This document shows positions 1 through 6,524 of a stretch of 15,309 nucleotides of DNA, one piece after another. The notes below the pieces were generated by a model. The model saw only the letters and a list, made by a program, of their open reading frames with translations, had not been told where the DNA came from and did not search any database. The stretch is from an uncultured Clostridia bacterium (GTDB lineage: Bacteria > Bacillota > Clostridia > Christensenellales > Aristaeellaceae): contig CALGBY010000127.1 of NCBI GenBank assembly GCA_937886445.1, positions 1 through 15,309 of the forward strand, written 5' to 3'. Made by a program: the position numbers and the translations under genes. Position 1 is the stretch's first letter. Each line of letters opens with the position of its first letter.

Positions 1-187
1 CGACATGCGCGTCGCCGAGGAGCGGCTGAAAGCCGCTTCCGCTATCCATTTCCGGCCGTAAAATGAGCGTTTTTGTAATATACAAAAATGCCATTTTGCA
101 GGAAACCGATGTGATCGCGTGAAAGCAGGTAACGCCCTGCTTTCATTCGCAGCGAAAGCAAGCGCGCCCCTGCCCCGCTTGCTTTCG
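1..187 (-). repeat. Copy A (cut by the window edge) of a multi-hairpin REP/BIME-like intergenic mosaic element, lying immediately 3' of the SDR gene
   Basis: The reverse complement of 1-118 aligns without gaps to 12788-12905, at roughly 90% identity by hand count; the last 36 nt are identical. The 17-mer CGAAAGCAAGCGGGGCA (rc of 171-187) recurs at 12757-12773 and 13069-13085. Hairpins: 153-187 (12-bp arms), 121-144 (9-bp arms, absent from copy B), 58-99 (about 18 bp). Confidence 0.8.
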
Positions 188-204
188 AGGGCCGCAAGGC
201 CCCT

Positions 205-1002
205 TTAGGGTTGTTTCCCGATATACGCCAGAATACCGCCGTCCACATACAGCACATGGCCGTTCACAAAGTTGGAGGCGTCGCTGGCAAGGAACACAGC
301 GGGGCCCTGCAGGTCGCTCGTGTCTCCCCAGCGGCCGGCGGGCGTTTTGCTTACGATGAACTGGTCAAAGGGATGGCGGCTGCCGTCTGCCTGACGCTCG
401 CGCAGCGGCGCGGTCTGCGGTGTGGCGATGTAGCCAGGCCCGATGCCGTTGCACTGGATGTTATACGCGCCGTATTCGGAGCAGATATTGCGGGTGAGCA
501 TCTTCAGTCCGCCCTTGGCGGCGGCATAGGCGGAAACGGTCTCTCTGCCCAGCTCGCTCATCATGGAGCAGATATTGATGATCTTGCCATGGCCCTTTTT
601 GATCATGGCGGGGATCACGGCCTTGGAGCAGATGAAGGGCGCGGTCAGGTCCACATCCACCACCTTGCGCCATTCGGCGGCGCTCATCTCGGTCATCGGG
701 ATGCGGCGGATGATACCGGCGTTGTTCACCAGAATATCCACAACGCCCACCTCGTTTTCGATGCGCTCAACAAGGGCCTTCACGGCCTCCTCATTGGTCA
801 CATCGCACACATAGCCCTTCGCGGGGATGCCCTTTTCGGCATAGGCGGCAAGGCCCTTATCCACCAGCTCCTGATTGATGTCGTTGAACACGATCGCGGC
901 GCCGGCGGCATGGAACGCCTCGGCGATCGCGAAGCCGATGCCGTAGGAGGCACCGGTGATCCAGGCAATTTTACCCTTCAGGGAAAAATCATTCATATCC
1001 AT
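205..1002 (-). CDS. Short-chain dehydrogenase/reductase of the gluconate 5-dehydrogenase (IdnO) / KduD type. It is probably the 2-dehydro-3-deoxy-D-gluconate 5-dehydrogenase partner of kduI.
   Basis: 265 aa with TGASYGIG (TGxxxGxG), NNAG and YAAAK (YxxxK) motifs. The INICSMMSELGR, KMLTR, NIQCNGIGPGY and RWGDTSDL...FLASDASNFVNGH blocks closely resemble E. coli IdnO/KduD as I recall them. An AGGAGA SD lies upstream, and the start is 23 nt after the kduI stop, so this is an operon. Confidence 0.9.
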   Translation of the reverse strand: MDMNDFSLKGKIAWITGASYGIGFAIAEAFHAAGAAIVFNDINQELVDKGLAAYAEKGIPAKGYVCDVTNEEAVKALVERIENEVGVVDILVNNAGIIRRIPMTEMSAAEWRKVVDVDLTAPFICSKAVIPAMIKKGHGKIINICSMMSELGRETVSAYAAAKGGLKMLTRNICSEYGAYNIQCNGIGPGYIATPQTAPLRERQADGSRHPFDQFIVSKTPAGRWGDTSDLQGPAVFLASDASNFVNGHVLYVDGGILAYIGKQP

Positions 1003-1025
1003 CGCTGTTTCTCCTTTTTCGCCTG

Positions 1026-1868
1026 TCAGCGCAGCTCGGTAGTGGGGATGGTATCCATATCGTCAAACGCCTGGTTTTCACCGCCCATGGCCCAGATGAA
1101 GGTGTAATTGCTGGTGCCGGCACCGGCATGGATGGACCAGGAGGGGCTGATCACGGCCTGCTCGTTCTGCATCACGATGTGACGGGTCTCATTGCCCTCG
1201 CCCATCATGTGGAACACCACATTGTTCTCGGGCACCTCAAAGTAGAAATACACCTCCATGCGGCGCTCATGGGTATGCGCGGGCATGGTGTTCCACACAG
1301 AACCGGGCTCCAGCACCGTCATGCCCATGGAAAGCTGGCAGGTCTTGAGTACATCGGGGTGGATGAACTGGTTGATCACGCGCTTGTTGCTGGTCTCGGC
1401 CGCGCCGCAGGGCTTCTTGGCGGCGTCCGCGATGCGGATCAGACGGCTTTCATAGCTCGTATGCGCGGGAGCGGACACGATGTAGAACTTGGCGGGAGCG
1501 GCGGGGTCTGAGCTTTCAAACACCACGTTCTTCACGCCCTTAGTGATATACAGGCAGTCCTTATAGCCCAGCTCGTACACGGTATCATCGGCATACACCT
1601 TGCCCGCGCCGCCCACATTGAACATGCCCAACTCGCGGCGCTCGAGGAAATAGTGCGTTCCGAAATTTTTCCAGATATCGATGCCCTTATCCAGCGGCAC
1701 CTTTTCGCTGACGGGCATCACGCCGAGGGTGACCATCCGGTCCACATGGCTGTATACGGCCGTCACCGTATCCGGGGTAAACAGGTTTTCGATCAAAAAC
1801 TCTCTGCGGGTCTCTTCGGTAGTATAGCGTTTGAAATCGCGCTGGTTGCAGGAATAGCGAATATCCAT
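1026..1868 (-). CDS. kduI: 5-dehydro-4-deoxy-D-glucuronate isomerase (4-deoxy-L-threo-5-hexosulose-uronate ketol-isomerase)
   Basis: 280 aa, typical KduI length. N-terminus MDIRYSCNQRDFKRYTTEE, cupin metal site HTHERRMEVYFYF, and C-terminal FIWAMGGENQAFDDMD. AGGAGG SD 8 nt upstream. Confidence 0.95.
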   Translation of the reverse strand: MDIRYSCNQRDFKRYTTEETRREFLIENLFTPDTVTAVYSHVDRMVTLGVMPVSEKVPLDKGIDIWKNFGTHYFLERRELGMFNVGGAGKVYADDTVYELGYKDCLYITKGVKNVVFESSDPAAPAKFYIVSAPAHTSYESRLIRIADAAKKPCGAAETSNKRVINQFIHPDVLKTCQLSMGMTVLEPGSVWNTMPAHTHERRMEVYFYFEVPENNVVFHMMGEGNETRHIVMQNEQAVISPSWSIHAGAGTSNYTFIWAMGGENQAFDDMDTIPTTELR

Positions 1869-1898
1869 AAAGCAGCCTCCTTGTTGTTTGTTGAGGGT

Positions 1899-1927
1899 AT
1901 TATACCATACTCCCCCTGCTCAGGCAA
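1899..1927 (-). promoter_or_regulatory. Sigma-A type promoter for the kduI operon
   Basis: On the minus strand: TTGCCT (1922-1927), 17 nt spacer, TGgTATAAT (extended -10; TATAAT = 1899-1904), about 30 nt upstream of the kduI ATG. Confidence 0.6.
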
Positions 1928-1975
1928 TCATTATGTGATGTAAGTGCTTTCAATTTTTGTATTTTCCCCGTTTCA

Positions 1976-2004
1976 TTGACAGCGCGCGCGTTTTTACCTA
2001 TAAT
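1976..2004 (+). promoter_or_regulatory. Perfect-consensus sigma-A promoter for the Wzy_C membrane protein gene
   Basis: TTGACA (1976-1981), exactly 17 nt, TATAAT (1999-2004). The TTG 'start' of the tracked ORF at 1976 is actually the -35 hexamer. Confidence 0.75.
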
Positions 2005-2038
2005 AGGCACATACTTTCCGAATAAACGGGAGGAAGCC

Positions 2039-3484
2039 ATGAAGAAGCGGATCTCGGAAAAAACGCGTTTTGAAAAAATCTGTGAAGCCGGGCTCACGGC
2101 GCTGGCCGTGCTGACCGGGGTATACCATCTTGCCGTCATGCTGTGCGCCTATGTGTTCGACAGCACAAAGTCGGCCTCCCCCTGGCTGGCGGCCGACCGG
2201 TACACGGTGCTCGTGTTTTTCGTTCTGGCCCTTCTTTATATCCCGGTCAAGGCCTTCGCCTTTCCGGAGAGAAGAAAAGAGCTTTCCCGCTTTTTCAAAA
2301 ACGCCTTCGGCGGCGACCGGCTGTGGCCGGTGCTGCTGCTGCTCTGGGCGGTCATCGGCTGCATCGCGATGAAGGGGCGCACGGATGACTTTTTCACCTT
2401 CATGAGGGATGGCCAGGCCCGCCGCTACCTTACCGAAAACGCCTTTCCGATCAACGACAAATTCCTGATGGACCTTGCCGTATGCGCGCTGATCCTCTTC
2501 CCGCTGCCCGCACTGCTCGGAAAATACCGCAAGGCCGTGTGCGAAGGGATCCTCCACCTGTTCACGGCCGGGTGCGCGCTGTTCATGATCACCGTACTCA
2601 TCCCCTATTTTGGCGGCCGCGTCGTGAACGCTCCGGGCGGGCAGATCGGCGTGAACACCAAGGGCAATATGGTGATCGCCTGCAATTCCAACACCACAGG
2701 CGCGTTTTCCGCCCTGTTCCTGATCCTCAGCCTGTATTTCGTCACCTCTCCCCGCGCGCTGCCGGTGCGCGTGCTTTACGCCGTTTCCGCCGTGATCCAG
2801 CTGGCCGCGCTCGGCCTTTCGGGCAGCCGCGCTTCGCTTTTGGCCTCCGCCTGCGCCGCGGGCGTGATCGCGTTCCGCGCGGTATACGGCATGAAGAAGC
2901 TGCAGGATAAGACGCTTTCGCGCCGTCTGCTCATTTCCGTGCCCGCGGGCCTTCTCGCGGCCGGGCTTGTGCTGCTTTCAAGAGATCTGATACGCGATCT
3001 CTATGTTGCCGTGACGGGCTTCAGCTTTGTTTCCGATAAGGCGGCCGGCTTGAGCGGACGCCTCCGCCTGTGGGGCAACTGCCTGCAGGCCACCTTCGCG
3101 AACGCCTCCAACGCCGTGTTCGGCGTTACACCGGGCTTTGTGGAGCATGCCATCGGCATCGTGCGCAATAACCCGGATAATGTGCTTTACGCGCACAACC
3201 AGTTTTTGCAGGTGCTGCTCGCCTTCGGCCTGCCCGGGCTGGCGATCTTTTGCGTGTGGCTGTATAAAACAGCCGTGCGCTGCGTGCGCGTAGGGCTAAA
3301 AAAGGCCTGCTACGCGCTGCCGGCGGCGGTGCTGCTGCTGGTGGTATCCAACCTGGCCGAAAGCTATCTCACCGCGTATTTCTACTTCTGCGGCGGCATG
3401 TTCTTCCTGATCGCGGGCTGTGTTGCCGCCGAGGATGAAGAGCTGCCGGTAAAAAAGAAGACTTCCCCCGCCCGCAAAAGGTAA
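2039..3484 (+). CDS. O-antigen ligase / O-antigen polymerase family (Wzy_C domain) polytopic membrane protein
   Basis: Start moved to the ATG at 2039 (MKKRISEK), which has a GGGAGG SD 5 nt upstream. There are many hydrophobic segments. Wzy_C-type signature blocks are LSGSRASLLA, GRLRLW and YAHNQFLQVLLAFGLPGLAIF. Confidence 0.85.
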   Translation: MKKRISEKTRFEKICEAGLTALAVLTGVYHLAVMLCAYVFDSTKSASPWLAADRYTVLVFFVLALLYIPVKAFAFPERRKELSRFFKNAFGGDRLWPVLLLLWAVIGCIAMKGRTDDFFTFMRDGQARRYLTENAFPINDKFLMDLAVCALILFPLPALLGKYRKAVCEGILHLFTAGCALFMITVLIPYFGGRVVNAPGGQIGVNTKGNMVIACNSNTTGAFSALFLILSLYFVTSPRALPVRVLYAVSAVIQLAALGLSGSRASLLASACAAGVIAFRAVYGMKKLQDKTLSRRLLISVPAGLLAAGLVLLSRDLIRDLYVAVTGFSFVSDKAAGLSGRLRLWGNCLQATFANASNAVFGVTPGFVEHAIGIVRNNPDNVLYAHNQFLQVLLAFGLPGLAIFCVWLYKTAVRCVRVGLKKACYALPAAVLLLVVSNLAESYLTAYFYFCGGMFFLIAGCVAAEDEELPVKKKTSPARKR

Positions 3485-3510
3485 ACTGATCCATCCTGTT
3501 ACTGAGGCTG

Positions 3511-3552
3511 AAAACAAAAAGACGTCGCCGCGGATGAACTGCCCGGCGGCGT
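3511..3552 (-). terminator. GC-rich hairpin whose U-tract lies on the minus-strand side. It could also act as a weak terminator for the + strand gene ending at 3484.
   Basis: Arms are ACGTCGCCG (3522-3530) and CGGCGGCGT (3544-3552): 9 bp with one G.U pair and a 13-nt loop. The A-tract AAAACAAAAAG at 3511-3521 reads as CTTTTTGTTTT after the stem on the minus strand. The + side is followed by ATTGATCC, which has no T-run. Confidence 0.4.
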
Positions 3553-3789
3553 ATTGATCCGGAGTTGCCTTGTGCCCCGAACGAAAAAACGCTCGGCCCT
3601 GATGCCGAACGGTTGACGAACAAAGCTTCGAAATTTCAGATCGTAAACACACGTGATCAGGCTTTCCCGTCTTTGTCTCAGCAGTAGCCTTCCTTACCGT
3701 ACCACCGTATATATAAACGGAACCGCGGCAATGAACAGGGCCTTCCGGTATGCGGTCCCCGCGCAAATATACTGAAGGGAGAAACCGGT

Positions 3790-4044
3790 ATGAAAACAAA
3801 TGACGCGATGAACACCGTCAAAAAGGATGCTGAGATCCTGAACAGGAATACCCGTGCGCTCAGCGAGGAAGAAAATGCTCAGATCACGGGCGGTCAGAAC
3901 ACAGACGGCAGACATGATGACTATGTAACAAAGATGGTCTGTCCCTGCGGCTATTCTAAAGATTGGTACGGCTATTTTGTGGGCGATGTGTTTGACTGCC
4001 CGAAATGCGGACAACATACCTTAAAGGGAGAAAGAAAGGTATAA
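3790..4044 (+). CDS. Small protein (84 aa) with a double-glycine-type leader and a Cys-rich (CxC-N16-CxxC) core. It is a candidate secreted peptide, bacteriocin or RiPP precursor.
   Basis: GGGAG SD 8 nt upstream of the ATG. Residues 24-35, LSEEENAQITGG, fit the LSxxELxxIxGG leader consensus, with the predicted cleavage after the Gly35 codon at 3892-3894. The 49-aa core contains CPCG...CPKCG. Confidence 0.6.
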   Translation: MKTNDAMNTVKKDAEILNRNTRALSEEENAQITGGQNTDGRHDDYVTKMVCPCGYSKDWYGYFVGDVFDCPKCGQHTLKGERKV

Positions 4045-4211
4045 GCGCGCGGCTTATCGGAAAAGCGAACGCGTCCGTCCCTGCATCGTCGATGTCCGGC
4101 AAAATCTCCGCGCCGGAAGCGATCAGGCAGACATCGGAGCTTCTTCCGGCAGGCAGGTCATAAGTCACACATTGTACCTTCTGCAAGCCGGCGAAAGAGA
4201 CAGAATGATTC

Positions 4212-4251
4212 AAAAGGGGCAGTTCAATAAAGAGCTGCCCCTTTTCATTTT
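4212..4251. terminator. Bidirectional Rho-independent terminator between the convergent small-peptide gene and recG
   Basis: The stem is AAAAGGGGCAG (4212-4222) / CTGCCCCTTTT (4235-4245), with a 12-nt loop. It is followed by TTTTCATTTT on the + strand and preceded by an A-run, which gives TTTTG on the minus strand. Confidence 0.75.
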
Positions 4252-4505
4252 GATAAACAGCACACCGATCACCACTCATACACCGGAAAACAGCCGTTTA
4301 TCACGCCATGACGACAATGGTATTTTGTGCGTCCAAGGTTTTTATGTGCAGGAAACACCGGATTTCTCCCGGGAAATGACATACACAGAAACAGATCCGC
4401 CGCGTTATATCAGGTAAGCCATATTATAACTGATCCGCAGCGGTATCTTTTTATGCGGAAATATATCGGTCAGGCATTTACCGTCATCCCGGCCTGCCGC
4501 GTCCG

Positions 4506-6506
4506 TCAGTTCAGCGCGATCTCCTCCACCGTTTCCCTGAAGAGCGCCGCCGCGTTCTTTTTCACCTGCTCCCATTCCTCCTCATAGCCCCTGCCGCGCA
4601 GCAGCCTTACACAGGAGGCGGTCTCATCGATCAATCGCGCGTCCGCGGCGTATTTCATGCCCGGGATCAGCGCCGCCCCGTGCTGGCGCGTGCCCAGAAA
4701 ATCTCCCGGCCCGCGCATCTCCAGATCCTTTCTCGCCACCTCAAAGCCGTCATTGGTCTCGCAGAGGGTCTTCAGGCGGGCATTCTTTTCCGCCATCAGG
4801 AAGCACCAGCTTTTTTCCGCCCCGCGGCCCACGCGGCCGCGCAGCTGATGCAGCTGGGAAAGGCCGAAGCGATCGGCGTTTTCGATCACCATCACGGTGG
4901 CGCCCGGCACATTCACGCCCACCTCCACCACCGTTGTGGATACCAGCACATCGATATCGCCCTTCTGGAAGGCGGAAAGCACCCTTTCCTTTTCGGCGCT
5001 GTCCTGATCCCCCCAGGTGAGGCCCAGCCGCAGAGAGGAAAGCGGGCCGGTGCACAGCCCGGCGTAGGTCTCCTTCGCGCTGTGCAGGTCCAGCGTTTCG
5101 CTTTCCTCCACCAGCGGGCACACGATATACGCCTGACGGCCCTTTTCATGCTCCGAAAGGATAAAGCGGTACAGATCCTCCCGCTTCTCCTCGCTCACGG
5201 TGCGGGTGGCCACCGGCACGCGCCCGGGAGGCATTTCATCGATCACGGATATATCCAGATCCCCGTACAGCACAAGGGCCAGGCTGCGCGGGATGGGCGT
5301 GGCGCTCATCACCAGCGCGTTGGGGCGGATATTTGTTTTTTTGTTCAGCAGATTGCGCTGCTTTACGCCGAAGCGGTGCTGTTCATCGGTGACCACCAGC
5401 CCGATGGAGGCAAACTCCACGCCGCTGCTGAGCAGCGCGTGTGTGCCGATCACCGTTTGCCATTTGCCGGAAGCGATATTTTCCAGCGCTTCCCGCTTTT
5501 CCTTTGCCTTCATGCCGCCCAGCAGCAGCCCGCAGGAGACGCCCAGCGGCTCCAGCAGCTTTTTCGCGCTTTCATAGTGCTGGGAAGCCAGGATCTCCGT
5601 GGGCGCCAGCATCACGCCCTGAAAGCCGTTCATCGCGCAGGCGTACAGCGCGGCAAAGGCCACGGCGGTCTTTCCGCAGCCCACATCGCCCTGCACAAGC
5701 CGGTTCATCGCCCGCGGCGAGGCCATATCCCGCGCGATCTCGCCCAGCACCCTTTTCTGCGCCCCGGTGGGCGGGAAGGGCAGCGAGGCAAGAAAGCGCC
5801 CCGTCTCTCCCCCGTCCGGGATCACGGTGCCCTCCGTGCGCTCTCCGTACATCACGGCGGTGGCCGTCTGGTAGAAAAGCAGGCTTTCAAAGGAAATGCG
5901 GCGCAGCGCGATCTCCAGGCTTTGCATATCGGTGGGAAAGTGCGCCTGGCGCAGCGCGAAATTGCGCTCGCACAGCTGATATTTCATGCGCACAAGCTCA
6001 GGCAGGGTCTCGGGGCAGCATTCATCCGTCTGCTCAAGCGCCTGCCTTATCATCTCCCGCAGCACCTTGCCGGGGATGTCCTTCAGCGCACGGTATTCGC
6101 TCTGGATGGTCCTTTCCCGCACGATCGCCGCGCCGTTCATCACAGTCTTCCCCTGTTTGGTACGTATGACCCTGCCGTAAAGGGTAAGCTCTCCCTCCGC
6201 GGGCAGCTGATCCTTCACCCACGGCTGGTTGTACCACTGCAGGGCCAGCCTGCCGCTGTCATCCTCTATCTCCGCCGTTACGGCAGTGAGGCCGCGAAAG
6301 CGGCTCAGCCTGGGCGCGCGGGAAATAAAGCCCGTCACGCAGCAGGTGCTGCCGGGCGTCGCCTCGCTCACAGGCACGGATACCGTCATGTCGCGGTAGC
6401 GGTCAGGCAGGGTCAGGATGAGCGCCGTCACGCTGCGTATACCGGCCTTTTCCAGCGCCGCCAGCCTGCCGGGGCCTACCCCCCTCAGATCCTTCAGTTC
6501 CAGCAT
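4506..6506 (-). CDS. recG: ATP-dependent DNA helicase RecG
   Basis: 666 aa with an N-terminal wedge/OB region, Walker A GDVGCGKT, the DEQHRFG box, and the C-terminal helicase motif QLHQLRGRVGRG. The start is 18 nt after the PBP stop, so it is probably co-transcribed. Confidence 0.97.
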   Translation of the reverse strand: MLELKDLRGVGPGRLAALEKAGIRSVTALILTLPDRYRDMTVSVPVSEATPGSTCCVTGFISRAPRLSRFRGLTAVTAEIEDDSGRLALQWYNQPWVKDQLPAEGELTLYGRVIRTKQGKTVMNGAAIVRERTIQSEYRALKDIPGKVLREMIRQALEQTDECCPETLPELVRMKYQLCERNFALRQAHFPTDMQSLEIALRRISFESLLFYQTATAVMYGERTEGTVIPDGGETGRFLASLPFPPTGAQKRVLGEIARDMASPRAMNRLVQGDVGCGKTAVAFAALYACAMNGFQGVMLAPTEILASQHYESAKKLLEPLGVSCGLLLGGMKAKEKREALENIASGKWQTVIGTHALLSSGVEFASIGLVVTDEQHRFGVKQRNLLNKKTNIRPNALVMSATPIPRSLALVLYGDLDISVIDEMPPGRVPVATRTVSEEKREDLYRFILSEHEKGRQAYIVCPLVEESETLDLHSAKETYAGLCTGPLSSLRLGLTWGDQDSAEKERVLSAFQKGDIDVLVSTTVVEVGVNVPGATVMVIENADRFGLSQLHQLRGRVGRGAEKSWCFLMAEKNARLKTLCETNDGFEVARKDLEMRGPGDFLGTRQHGAALIPGMKYAADARLIDETASCVRLLRGRGYEEEWEQVKKNAAALFRETVEEIALN

Positions 6507-6524
6507 ATTATATGATCCGATCCA

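Noticed and set aside
211-1107. Long + strand ORF (298 aa) antisense to the SDR gene. The same applies to 4680-6515 (+, 611 aa) antisense to recG and 6768-9866 (+, 1032 aa) antisense to the PBP gene.
   Set aside because: These are typical shadow ORFs of high-G+C coding DNA. Their translations are Arg/Ala/Gly/His-rich and low-complexity, with no motifs. The opposite strand encodes proteins with unambiguous family signatures.
1976-2038. The tracked ORF start at 1976 (TTG) for the Wzy_C protein.
   Set aside because: That TTG is the first half of a perfect TTGACA -35 hexamer. The ATG at 2039 has a GGGAGG SD and lies downstream of the promoter.
3577-3610. Two CCGAAC cores (3577-3582, 3605-3610) could be additional PurBoxes.
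   Set aside because: The flanking positions do not fit AWWWCCGAACWWT, being G/C-rich where W is required. The two cores are direct rather than inverted.
3694-4279. Minus-strand ORFs 3694-4017 and 3956-4279 (107 aa each), antisense to or overlapping the peptide gene.
   Set aside because: They have no SD and no recognisable motifs. One of them crosses the bidirectional terminator. The + strand 84-aa ORF has the better translation signals.
4269-4382. A minus-strand 37-aa ORF (MSFPGRNPVFPAHKNLGRTKYHCRHGVINGCFPVYEW), with an internal GTG preceded by GGGAG.
   Set aside because: It is very short, I can name no conserved motif, and the ATG has no SD. I cannot distinguish it from chance, so it is covered only by the finding on the unexplained 4045-4505 region.
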